A stretch of 60,015 nucleotides of DNA, the filler included, from Callorhinchus milii (Eukaryota), in NCBI RefSeq assembly GCF_018977255.1. It is 2 parts of 2 records of this genome, joined end to end, with 100 filler letters (N's around TTAATTAATTAA, not from the genome) between each part and the next. Parts side by side here need not be neighbours in the genome. Positions count along the whole stretch, not along the records: positions 1 to 29,976 come from NW_024705637.1; 1 more part is not named here. One strand, given 5' to 3'. Positions 12,988-25,155 of the stretch are shown in pieces (the stretch's first letter is position 1; every line of letters begins with the position of its first letter). Below the pieces are notes generated by a model. The model saw only the letters and a list, made by a program, of their open reading frames with translations. It did no database searches and had not been told where the DNA came from. Position numbers and translations under genes: made by a program.

Positions 12988-15900
12988 TTATTGCGAACCT
13001 CTTTCCAACAGGGATTTCATGTAGTAGATGACGTTGGCCCTGACGATTGCCACAGGAACGTTGTGATTCCAGCGCATGATCACCTGTCCGGTCGGGCTCA
13101 CCAGGAACTTCTCAAAGTTCCACTTCAAGTCCGAGATCTTCAGGGGCTTCCAGAACAGCCTTGCGTGGGCATCCCCGAAGCTTTCGCTCACCGGTGGGCA
13201 CGCGCTCTGTGGGCAAACGGCAAGAGTTACCCACTTGCCTGGAGTCACCCAGGCCATGTCAGCTGTTGCGTGTGCGTGGCGTTTGCATGTTACGTGTGGG
13301 TAGAGTTGTCCCAACTGGACAAGGAACACTGGAACATAGGAACAGGAGTAGACCTAACAAACATGTATCAATCTTGAAAATTTGGATGGATCCAGTATCC
13401 AAAAGGGGAGGGAGAGAGTTGCAAGCAGCGGGAAAGCTGGCCAGACAGTGCTCTCAATGAACAAGCTATGAGGTTTTAGCTGGTTAGACTCCAGCAGTTA
13501 CCCCAATGTACACTCTGGGCTCCTCCCAAAATTTGGCTCTTGCCAACCTGCACCTAATACTTTCCGGAATTAGGTAAGCGGGGGGGTGTCCTTCCAGAGA
13601 GGGAGAGAAAGAGAGAGAGCGCATTCCATTTCAACAATCTATCTCTGGGGTTTCCATGTGTAGATGGGATGCCTGGAAATCTCAGCTTGGGTTTGGAGAT
13701 TCTTAAGCAACGGTGATGGGTTTCCGCACATGTCAGACACCTGACTGACCAAAAAAACACGAAAGCGTGTTGAGTGTGCGCGGGTTGATGGTGAGAAGAG
13801 CAAAGCGGACTGACCTTGAGGTACGTATAATGCTCTTGTTCGTCAACACCATTCACATCTCCCTTCTGGAACATCAGAAAGTTTGGCACAAACCCTTTCC
13901 CAGGGCGGACATATCTGAGGGCAGAGGGAGAGACTCTGTGTGATGTGAGTGTGTGAATGTGAACGTTCTGTGGGTGTGCGCTTGAACGAGGACTGTTTTT
14001 CTCCCGCTCAGCTCTCCCCACCATCGGCAGTTGGGCCTTCAGCCTCTCTGCCCCCACCTTTGGAACACCATCCCACAATCCTTGCCCCCTCCCTTGCCTC
14101 CTTCAGGACACATCTCAAGACCTTCCTCTTTGACCGAGCCTTCGCTCACCCTTCTACACCCATCCTCCCTGCCCTTGACCCTCCTGATCCCAGCCACCAG
14201 CTCAGGTCCAAATCCCTGCCTGTCCAGGGTGTTGGGCTGTCCTTCTCACATGAAAGGCACCGTGTAAATGTCATTTGTTTTTCTTGTTCTTTGTTGTTGT
14301 CGCTGCTCACACTCACTTCAGAGAGAGAGACCCTCGGTGTGAGCAGTGTGCGAGTGTCTGTAAGGACTGTTTGGCTGATCACACTCACTTCAGAGAGAGA
14401 GACCCTCGGTGTGAGCAGTGTGCGAGTGTGTGTAAGGACTGTTTGGCTGATCACACTCACTTCAGGCTGAGTAATATCTCCCTATTGTTGCCTGGCTCCT
14501 GTTTCCCAAACTGGTTGGAGGGGAAGGCGAGGATAGTAAAACCGTGTGGTTGCAGTTCCTTGTGAAGTGCATTCAGTTCTGGGGAACAAACAAACACAGC
14601 TCTCATTATAATATGCAATAACAATCCTTGCAGTGCCTTATTGTGTAGTGTAGTGACTGTGCTTTGTGGGCAAGTACAGCAGCCAATTCGTGCACAAACA
14701 GCCATGAGGTTGATGGCTGAGGGTGTGTGTGTGAGTGGGGGGAGACGCAGGGATTACTGGGAGAGAGGAACTCCCTTCTCTTTTTGACTTGCGCCACGAG
14801 TGTGAGCTGTGGACCTGAGGTAAGAGGCACAAACCAAGGTACTGCTCGGTTAACCCTCAGTAGGAAGCCACATTGACAATCAGCACCGTTTTGCCCATGA
14901 AGTCCATGAAGGAGATGTAGTGACGGCCGTCAATCGTTGTGGCTCCATAGTTATAGATGGAGTCGGGGATCGAGGAGTTACAGTAAGAAACCTGCAGGTC
15001 AGAGATCGTGAGAGTCATCAGGTCTCAGGTTTAATAATAACAACAATAATCCTTGCATTTAATATAACGCCTCATCGCATCTGCAAGACGGCTCAAAGCG
15101 CTTCACGCTTAATAATAATAATAATCCCTCCAAAACCAAAAACAATAATGGTCATTTTCAATCCACGACTGTTTGTGGGACATTGCTGTGTGCAATCGGC
15201 TGCCGCGTTCGCCCACAAATATACAGTCAATTCACTTTACAGTGTGTTCTGTGAAGTGCTTTGGGACGTCCTCCCGACGTGAAAAGCACTATATCAAATG
15301 CAAGGATTATTATTATTATTCACAGAATATACTATAAAGTGAATTAACTGTATTTTGTGGGTGAAATGCGGCAGCCAATTGCACACAAACAGTTGTGGAC
15401 TGAGTGACCAAATTATTATTATTTTTTTGAAGGTATTATTACCCCCTGGGGCTGAGTGTGACTGTGAGCGTGCAAGTCTGAGTGTGTATGACTGTGGGTG
15501 AGTGGCAGTCTCTCTCCAGTGAGCAGGTTGGTGATTAGGGTGGGTTGTTTATTCTCAGTGGCTCACTGTCACAAGTTAATCATTTCATAAACTCTCAGTC
15601 TTCAGACGTGGCAGACTGGCTTCTGTCACGTGGAGAGCAGAGTGCCCGCAGGCAACCAGCGTTGTCACAGACCCTCAGACCCAGGGGGTAATCATCCCTT
15701 CAAAAAAATAATAATTTGGTTATCAAATAATCTGTAGAGTGCGGAGAGAGGGTGGGGGGAGGAGAGATGCTTTCTGAGCTCAGACCCCAGAGCCACATTC
15801 AATAACATTCAAATTTGCAAAGCACTATATCAAATGCAAGGATCAAAGCAAATTTGACCTGAATTGTCTCCTCATCAGGGTAATTTACCGCCTGTTAATG

Positions 15901-16888
15901 CCCCGTCCCCCGAACTCGCTGCTGAGCTTTCCTCTGGTAATGGAAATAAAACAGCCTCTTCTGAGCTGGGGTGGTGGGAGACGGGGACTGGAGGGGGGTG
16001 GTTAGTAACTGAGCCCCAGGGACGGGGAGCGAGTACCCCAAGCTGTGCCCAGTGATTTCACTTCACCTTACTCGTTTCATTGGGATGTCGTCCTGACATG
16101 AGAGACCCAATAAAAACACATGTACACACATATATATATAATCATATAGAATAATAATCCTTGCATTTGATATAGCATCTTATCACGTCGTCCATATGTA
16201 TCAAAGCACTTGACAGAATATATTCTGTAAAGTGTAGTGACCGTATTTTGTGGGTGAAATGCAGCAGCCAATTGTGCACAGTAGTGTCCCACCAACAGTC
16301 GTGGATTCAGTGACTATTATTGTTAGTATTATTTTTTTTGGAAGAGATTATTACCCCTGGAAAAGCGATCTGTCAATCGACTGACAATCTGATTCCTACT
16401 TACTGCCCAGGTAAACAGAATGTGTGGAGTGAGGAAACTTGCCTAAGGTTTCGCCCTGCCCAGGAATCAAACCTAGGTCCTCTCGCTTGCGAGGCAAGGG
16501 CTCTAACCACTGAACTGTATTTTTTTTACATATATTTACACATATACATACTGAGGAACTTGTCCGTCCATCTATGATTCTATAGCGGGGGAGTGGGATT
16601 AATTTGGACAGCTCTTTCAAAGCACTGGCATGGACACGATGGGTCGAATGACCTCCTTCTAATATCTAATTATCCCGCTCGAGCCCCAGCCTTGAATTGC
16701 AAATGTCAATCAAACCTGCGCTCATGCCCAACTTTAGGCTAATATTTGCTTTAGCTCCGAGCGTGTGAGACACACATTAAACCTGGTACCTGTCACGGCG
16801 ATGTTCTCGCTCTTACCTGTGTCTGTGATGTTTGCACCAAGGTGATCAGGAGCAAAGCCAATAGCCAGTGGCTCAAGCTGCCCTCCAT
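12988..16888 (-). CDS. GPX3: Glutathione peroxidase 3 (secreted selenoprotein), 5 exons, 221 aa
   Basis: Exons 16888-16817 (signal peptide [24 protein letters not shown]), 14991-14835 (VNVASY-UGA-GLTEQY; TGA at 14859-14857), 14578-14461 ([12 protein letters not shown]), 13914-13815 ([18 protein letters not shown]), 13206-12988 (WNFEKFLV). Total 666 nt, GT-AG junctions in phase. SECIS and AATAAA lie downstream. Confidence 0.96.
13420..13760 (+). repeat. Unclassified interspersed repeat, homologous to 56115-56365
   Basis: Shared blocks ccagcagttaccc..ttggctcttgccaacctgcaccta..gagagagcgcattccatttca..gcayrtgtcagaca. Confidence 0.7.
16150..16520 (-). mobile_element. Same SINE family, in GPX3 intron 1
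   Basis: Reverse complement of head, core and ATT tail; anticodon arm cttgc-ct-cgc-aa-gcgag. Confidence 0.8.
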
Positions 16889-19186
16889 GACTCTACCTGC
16901 CTCGCTCGCTCGCTGATGTTCCAGACTATTTATTGTGTTGATGGCTCATCCTAGAAACACAGGGGAGGAAGGCTGAACTATCCTAGCCAATCATTCTCCA
17001 GAAAAACAATCTAGTCTCGGAGCCAAATATCATCCTTAACCCTTTAATCAGCCCCGAGTCACAGACTTGATCAATGTATTCCATTTGACTGTCTGTGGGA
17101 CGCTGCTGTGCACAATCGGCTGCCGGGTTGTGCCCACAAAATACACAATCAATTAATTTTACAGTATATTCCGTGAAGCACTTTGAAATGTCTCCCAGAA
17201 AAGCAATCCGCCAATCGACTAACAACCAGGTTCCTACTTACTGCAAGGTAAACAGAGGGGTGTGGAGGAACGAAACTTGCCTGGGAATCGAACACAAGTC
17301 CTCTCGCTTGCGAGTCAAGTGCTCTAACCTCTATGCTACTATACTCCACTTGCCTCAAAGATGGCACCTTGCAGGGAAGAGACCTCCCGCCCTGTCCTGC
17401 GAGCACTGAGCCGGGCTGGCAAGTTACTGAAACCAGGCAGGAGAGTTTGAAAGATGCCGGTATTCCGAGGTTTAACATATCTGCTCCAGCTGTTCCCAGA
17501 GGTGAATGCACATGGCATTCCCAGGTTAGCCACTGAATGGCCCCCTCCTGTGGTCACATACTGGAAGAGAAATAGATTGAAACAAGAGTTCTGTACATCT
17601 GTAAATAGTTCACGGTTTAACTTTTTGATTAGGACATGTTGAATGTGTGTGTCTGTGCATTTTTGTGTGTAAATCTGTGTATATTTAACCCACATAATAC
17701 AGTCAATCCACTTACAATATATCCCTTGAAGCCCTTTGGGACATCTCAACAACGTGATAAGGCGCTATATCAAATGCAAGTTTTTTTTATTATTATATAG
17801 GTCTATATATGTGTGTCATTGTGCGTCTGTCCTAATCATGTATTTTTGCACGTGTGAGAGACGTCATGTGCATCTGTGGCTTCGTACTGTTTGCTTTTGT
17901 ATGTTTTTTGGTATCATGTGTGTGTAATGTTCATGTACGGAGTGTCTCTCAGTGTCCTGACCAACAATCCTCCAAAGAAATAGGTCAGTCACCGCATGGC
18001 TGTTTGTGAAGCTTTGCTGTGTGTAAATTGGCTTCTGTGGTCAATGATCTCTCAGCCAGCCAGCGAGATTGAACATGGTACTTGATGATCTGAGCTGAGG
18101 AACTATTTATTTTTGTCCATTCACCCCTCCCCGCTGCCAATTCCCCGAGAGCCTCTGTCTCTAGACTGCTGTTTCCAATCAATGACTGGAGATTTTCTTA
18201 CCCAATAAAATTGGAGGCAAAAATCAAATAAAACGTCAAACCCAACATCAACAAACCGTGGCTTCAATTAGCAGCGACTGGTTCCCACTGCAGACCCTCA
18301 CGGGCGGGGGTTGGGGGTAGAAATTCACCATCCTATCCACCTGCCCTGGAGCCCACTCTAGCACGTGTTTCTGCTTACACTTGTCGGGCATGTTACAAGG
18401 TGCCTGTTTCCCCGAGGCTGCACTGCGAGGCGGATTGGTGGGGGCGGTGGTAATGAGTTCAACTCCACTCACTGCAAATGGTTCTCCTCTCTTTACTCAC
18501 AGCAAGCTGTTTGATATTCCCTTGCGAGCTGAGGTCTCAGTGACGGCTCTGAAGGGATGTTACTGGTGTCAGTCTGGCTCAGTCAGTAATAGAAATAATA
18601 ATAATTCTTACATTTGATTCAGCACCTTATCACAACGTTGTCTCAAAGCTCTGGGTATGGTAGCACTTTCACTTCCAGGTAAGACGGTCAGGTTCGTGGG
18701 TTCACACCCCCCCCCACCCCAACCCTAACTGAACTTTCCAGGAGATTTCCTGGGAATGAGATGACTTTGACTTTTGTTTCGCCCACAAAATACAGTCACT
18801 ACACTTTACAGTATATTCTGTGAAGCGCTTTGAGATGTTTCAATGGTGTGATAAGGCGCTGTATCAAATGCAAAAGGATTATTATTATAACATGTTCCTT
18901 CTAAAGTGACTCTGTGCTGGTTGGTTGCAGAGTGATGGAGAGAATGAAATTTTCCTAGAGGCAGAGACAGACAGACAGACAGACTGACTGACAGACTGAC
19001 TGACTGACGGGGGTAATGTGAGGGAGGAATGGATGTACTGGGAAAGCAAGCAAACCAGGTGCCTCTTATATTCAGTTTCTCCCCCTCTTCCCGGCTCAGT
19101 CTCAAGGAGCAGAGATGCCTGCTCCTGCGTGCGTCTCAGTGACTCACTAAAGAGCTCAGGGCAGAGTCAGTGTTTAATTACTGCCT

Positions 19187-19224
<38 letters not shown>

Positions 19225-20329
19225 TGAGGGGAATGTACATGAGCTCAACCTCTCAGTGTCGGGATGATGGGGAATCGGGCTGCACAGTCAGCCTGCACCT
19301 TGGCTTAACAGCGACGTCCTCGCTCGCTCACTTGCTCCACCAGCCGGACACGCTGTATCCCGGTGTGAAACTCACCACCGTGGCTGTTGGAAAACCGGAG
19401 TGTCGGAGTCCAGGAGCCGTCAGAGTGTGTGTCATGCTTTGAGGTGTGTCTAGCTTTTTATTTCTCTGCTCGACTAGCACTGGCCTCCTCTGCTTGTCCC
19501 CCGTGCTCTCCCTCCGTTCCACCATCAGTGGCCGTACTTTCAGCCACTACTCCCCGAAACTCTGGAACATTCTTCCTCTATCCCTCCGCTTTGCCCCCTC
19601 CTTCCCCATTTGACCATGCCTACGGTAATCTCTCTCCTGCTTGGCGTTCTGCTCCGCAACTGTCAGGGTTCAAATTGTCGTTGAGCACTTTGAGACATTC
19701 ATTTGATGTGAGATGCGCAATTAAGTGTGAGGTGAAACAGCAGTGATGTCAACATGGTGAGCGACATGGGAGAATTATACTGAGTTTTATACAATAAACT
19801 GCTCGGATTGATTGTGATTTAGTTTCTCTGGGGAGTGACGGTTTTGCAGGCAGGTTAACCTTCTCTCAGCTGTGTACAGGCTCTGTCCTGTGTGACTGTG
19901 CGCGTGTGTTTGGTGAAAGTTTGGACAGTTCAGTGCTTTGCACTTTGCAGCACTTGTTTCAGTTATCACAACTCTTTATGAAAACTTGCAACTTTTGGGG
20001 AAACTTCCCCCCCAAGTCTCCGCAGTGGTTGTTTTTCCCCACGTGACAGCCAGTGTCAGCACGGGAGCCTCACACACCAGGATTATTATTAATAAGAAGA
20101 AAATGGAAAATGCTGACCTGTTTGATTGGGATGAGACGTTAAACCGAGGTCCCGTCTGCCTGTTCAGCTGGATGTTAAAGATCCCGCAGCGCTATTCATG
20201 AAGAGAAGGGAGTTTCTCTCTCTCTCTCACAATTGCTGGCCAACAATCCCACGGATAAAATCCGTGTTTCGCACCCACAAAATACACAGTCACTACACCT
20301 TACAGTGTGAAGTGCTTTGAGACGTCTCA

Positions 20330-21060
20330 ACAACAACAACAAAATTACATTTGTATAGCACCTTTCACATCAGGAGGACGTCCCAAGGTGCTGGACAGAC
20401 AGTTTTGGACTCGAGCTGGGGGTAGGGATCGGGGAGGGTGGAGGGGGGGAAGCAGGGAGATCGAAAGCACGGTTGAAGAGGAGGGTCTTGAGATGGGACT
20501 TGAAGGAGGCAAGGGAGGGGGCAAAGTGGAGGGATTGTGGGATGGAGTTCCAGGGGGTGGGGGCAGAGTGGCAAAAGGCTGCCCGCCAGTGGTGGGGCGA
20601 GCGAGGGTGGGGGGGGAATGTGAAGAAGGCCAGAGCCACTGAGCGGAGGGAGCAAACAGGATGGTAGAGGATTAAGAGGTCTCAGAGATAGGGGAGAGTA
20701 AGACCATGGAGGGCTTTGATGCTGAGGACCAGGACCTTGAACTGTATCCTCTGTGTGAGGATAGTTCAAGAAACCAGTGGAGTCGGGCGAGGATGGGGGT
20801 GATAGGGTCGCGGAGCCCGGTGCGGGAGAGGACACGGGCTGCAGAGTTCTGGATGATCTGTAGCTTGTGGAGGGAGGAGTTGGGGAGGCCGACAAGCAAG
20901 GAATTGAATAGTCAAATAATGAAAGCACGTATGAGGGTTTTGGCGGCGTCAGACGGGTGATGTTGAGGAGGTGGGGGAAGGCAGAGTGAGTCATGGCACA
21001 GATATGGGGTAGAAAGGATAGTTGAGTGTCAAACAAGACGCCAAGGTTCCGGACTGGAAC
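20330..21060 (-). mobile_element. L2-clade LINE 3' fragment
   Basis: Translates to LVGLPNSSLHKLQIIQNSAARVL..ITPILARLHW and RAAFCHSAPTPWNSIP..FKSHLKTLLF; (TTG)n tail. Confidence 0.85.
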
Positions 21061-21146
21061 AAGGAGCTATACCAAATGCAAGATTATTATTGTTATGATT
21101 ATTAATAAGTGCTCTACTTTCCTTTGTGTTGAAGGCTGTGTTTGCG

Positions 21147-24100
21147 ATGTGTGTGAAGGTGCCAGTGGTGTGCGAGAGGAGCCTCCCCTACCTGTTGCTG
21201 CTCAGCCTGTGCTGCCACCGACTTCCAGCCTCAGGCTCGTCACTGACAGGGGATCCAAGACACCGCACTGCCTCCCAGCATCTTACCATCGGCGGAGCCG
21301 AATCACCGGCTTCCTGCTCAGGAACACGCAGAAGAGGTGCGTATGTCCAGCTCATCTCCCCCTCCACCCCCTACAGATTAGCCATGTGGAGTCCTGTAGC
21401 TTAGTGGTTAGACCATTCCCCATGCAAGCGAGAGGACCTGGGTTCGATTCCCAGGCAGGGCAAAAAATTGGGCAAGTTTCTTTGCTCCACAGGCCTCTGT
21501 TTACCGAGCAGTAAGTCGGAACCTGGTTATTAAATGATTGGCGGATCACTTTCTGGAGGTACTAATCACTCCAAAGAAAAGTTGTCACTCAGTCGATGAC
21601 TGTTTGTGGGACACTGCTGTGCACAATTGGCTGCCGCGTTTCACCCACAAAATACAGTCACTACACTTTACAGTATATCCTGTGAAATGCTTTGTGATGT
21701 CTCGAAGATGTGATAAGGCGCTGTATCAAATACAAGGATTATTATTATCTAACCAATAAAATGGCAGAACGGACTCGAAGGGCTGAATTGCCTTCTGCTG
21801 TTCCTATGTTCCTCCCACCCCCCCAGTTTGAGGCCACACACCAGGAAGTGTTTATTTATAACAACTTGCATTTATATAGGACCCTTATAGGGCAGGGTCT
21901 TGGACCCCTTACACCGAGGGGGCGATTAATGCCGCAGGATAAAACTGCCTTAGAACAGGACTAGTTTAAGAAACTCGATGCTGTCATTAAAAGATGCGAC
22001 AATCGGGATGTGATTAAACAGCGGGACATGACCCTGTTGTGTTGGTGAGTTAGTAACGTGGAAGCTCAATGAATAGGAACAAAGTGGAACTTAGCCACTA
22101 CTGTTAGCCAGACTTGTTGGGCTGGGCTGGGCTGGGCGTGAAATCCAGGACTTCACAGGGCAGGTGTCTGTGCTGCTTACAATGGACGGTCTGTATAGCC
22201 CCAACTGTATGGCTCAAATCCATCTCCGAGACTGAGAATGAAAAGCTCTTCTCTTTCTCTCTCTCTATCCATCTGTCTTTCTTCTATGTATAAATATACA
22301 GTCAATTCACTTGACAGTATATTCTGTGGAGTGTTAAGGCTCTATCTGAAATGCATGTATGATTATTGTTATTTCTTTCACTTTCATTGGATGAAAAGGA
22401 CACATTTGATCTGGTCGTTCTGGCATCGCTGTCTCCGCCAGGAGCTGCTGGGCAGCTGATCAGGTTCCATTTTGCCCTCAGGTTCGTTTTTGCGGTGGCT
22501 GAGAGAAACAGCTCGGTGACGGTACGGGTCGTGCCGTGCGATGCTCCGCTGCAGTGGAACCTGACGCTGCGGGAACCGGAAGAGGATCCGAGCGAGGACG
22601 CTTCTGGTGAGAATCCTGCAGATCCCAGCTCAGGAGAGTGAGTGTGTGTGTGTGTGTCTGGGGATAATCTCTGTCATCTCCTCCAACTCCACTGCTCTGA
22701 TCGTCTCCCCCGCTCGGCTAAATCTGCTGCATGTCCCCCACTGATTCAGCCATCGGAAGCCGAGGTTTCCTACTGTAACATCCCCCCAACCCTTGGAACT
22801 CCCTCGCCATCCTTCCCTCCCCCTCTCCTGTCCCTCGGCACTGTGTCCCTGCCCCTGGCTGCTCTGTGCTGACCCAAGTGCTGAGATTGTGGGTGGCTCT
22901 GGGTGTGTGCCTGAGTATGTGGGTGGGTACGTGAGTGGGTCTGTGTCGCTGGGTGGTGGGCTCTGTGTGTGTGTGGCTCTGGCTGAAGGGCACTGTGTAA
23001 ATGCCAGTTGTTGTTGCCAGGCGGCCCCCACCCTCTGCGGCACCGGGAGACACGGCTGTTCTCCTACCGCGGCAACGACGTGGAGACGTTCTCCAGGGCG
23101 GGGAGGTCCGCGGGCCGCTACACGCTGGAGCTGCTCTGCACCGAGAGGGACACGGGGGTCAGGGTGTGGGCCGGCGTTGGCCCTGAGCGGCCCTACCCCT
23201 CCCTGCCCCGGGACCCCCGGCTGGAGGTGGCTGCCGTGGGCCACACCAGCCTGTCCCTGGTGTGGAAGCCCAGCCCGGACATCGCGGCCCAGTACTGCGC
23301 TCTGGTCAGCCGCCGGCACAACTACAAGAGCCTGTGCGCCGCGGAGCCGGAGCTGTGGGGGGGCCAGGGGGCAGCGGCAGGGCCCGGGCCTCCCCAAGCC
23401 CGAGGGGCCCCGAAGGCTCCCGTCATCGGGGCAACCGGGGGTCACCGGGTGGGAGCGCCGTCTCGCCGGCCACCATCCTCCTCGTCCCTCTGGCCACCGG
23501 ACGCCTGGCGGACGTCTTCGTCTCCGTGGGGACCAGATGTCTGGCCACGGTCCTCATCGTCCTGGCGACCGGCGCCCCGGCAACCGTCTCCAAGGAAACC
23601 ATCCTCCTGGTCTCCGGGGCAACCTGAGCCCTGGGGACCATCCCTCCTCCTCCTCCACCGCGTCATCAGGGCAACCGTCGCCCTGGCAACCGTCCCCCTC
23701 GTCGCCCTGGCAACCGCGGGCTCGCGGGCAGCGGGAGGCCGAGGCCCAGGTGGTGCGGCTCTGCACGGGCCGCGCCAGCTCCCTGACCGTGTCCCGGCTG
23801 CGGCCCGGCACCCAGTACTACCTGGACGTCTTCGCGGTCAACCCGGCCACCGGGGCCGGCGCGGCCTACGGCGGGACGTTCGCCAGGACCGGGGCCGAGG
23901 CCGAGGCCGCGGCCTTGTCGGCGGAGGAGCTGAAGCGCGGGAAGGTGACTGAGGTGAGGCTGAAGGGCGGCGGCTCGAGGCTCCTGCGCTTCAGGCCCGG
24001 CTCCCCCCAGCGGCCCCGGGCGGGGCGGGGGCGGCGGGTGGTGGTCGTGTCGGTGTGGCCGTGCCGCGGGCCGGTGCACGTGCGGGTGAGGCGGGAGGGG

Positions 24101-24633
24101 CCCGGGGGGGCGCGGACCCTGGTCTCCCGGTGGGTCCGGGGCCCGGAGCACCTCTCGCTGAGCGGCGGGAGGCCCGAGGACCCCGACCGCGACCTCTCAT
24201 CCGGTTGCGGGCCCGGCCCGAAGCCTCGGCCTCGCTTCGGCTCCACGCCACCGAGCGGCCCGACAAGCTGCCCTTCCCGCCGCTCCCCCGCGACACCCGC
24301 CTCCGGGTGTTCTCTCGGCTGCGGGGCTGCTCGGCGCTGACCCTGGCCTGGCTCGGCTCGCCGCACCCCGGCGGCAGCAGGTACTGTGTGTACAGGCGGG
24401 CCGTGCGGCCCCCGGGCGGGCCGGACAGGCCCCCGGACACCTGCCTGCACCCCAGCGCCAGGCCCCGCGCCGAGAAGGTGGGCTGCAAGTCCTCCCGGAG
24501 CTCGGTCACCGCGCAGAGGGTGGAGGGGCTGCGGCCCGGCACCGCCTACCGCCTGGATGTGTATGTGAGCGGCCCCGGGCAGCAGCCGGTCAGGTACCAG
24601 AGCAAAGTGGTCAGCACCAGGAGAGCGTGTTAG
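21147..24633 (+). pseudogene. Neuron-derived neurotrophic factor-like (NDNF/ndnfl family, FN3 domains) with three frameshifts (pseudogene or assembly indels)
   Basis: Exons 21147-21336 (signal peptide; GAE/ITGFLLRNTQKR), 22482-22606 (FVFAVAE..VVPCDAPLQWNL), 23021-24633 (LFSYRGNDVE, YPSLPRDPR, HNYKSLCA, PGTQYYLDVFAVN, FPPLPRDTRLRVF, YRLDVYV..YQSKVVSTRRAC*). The reading frame shifts at ~21301, ~23644 and ~24195. Confidence 0.85.
21389..21748 (+). mobile_element. Same SINE family, full length
   Basis: TAGCTTAGTGG / GGTTCGATTCC boxes, core and gattattattat tail. Confidence 0.85.
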
Positions 24634-24681
24634 CCTGGACTGTGCTCCCAGCCTGGGCCCCACAGGGTCTGCACAAGGCCC

Positions 24682-25155
24682 TGTACCCCCCCCCCCCCCA
24701 CACAAACACCTACAGTGTACCCCCCCCACACACACACACACACACATACAGCGTACCCTCCCACACACACACACACACCTACAGCGTACCCTCCCACACA
24801 CACACACCTACAGCGTACCCCCCCCACCCCCCCCCACACACACATACAGCGTACCCCCCCACACACACACACATACAGCGTACCCCCCCCCACCCCCACA
24901 CACACACTGCGTACCCCCCCCCACACACACACATACAGCGTACCCCCCCACACACACACACACCTACAGTGTACCCCCCCACACACACACACATACAGTG
25001 TACCCCCCCCACACACACACACATACAGTGTACCCCCCCCACACACACACACACACACACATACAGTGGTGTACCCCCCCCACACACACACCTACAGTGT
25101 ACCCCCCCTCCACACACATACAGTGTACCCCCCCAAACACACATACACCTACAGG
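24682..25155 (+). repeat. Compound minisatellite TACAGYGTA-(C)n-(AC)n
   Basis: About 15 units just after the NDNF-like stop codon. Confidence 0.95.

Noticed and set aside
14505..14530. FPSNQF instead of FPCNQF in GPX3
   Set aside because: I recall this substitution from other functional GPX3 orthologs; the catalytic Sec/Gln/Trp/Asn are intact.
18718..18735. AACCCTAACTGA resembling the telomerase RNA template
   Set aside because: No pseudoknot, CR4/5 or H/ACA context.
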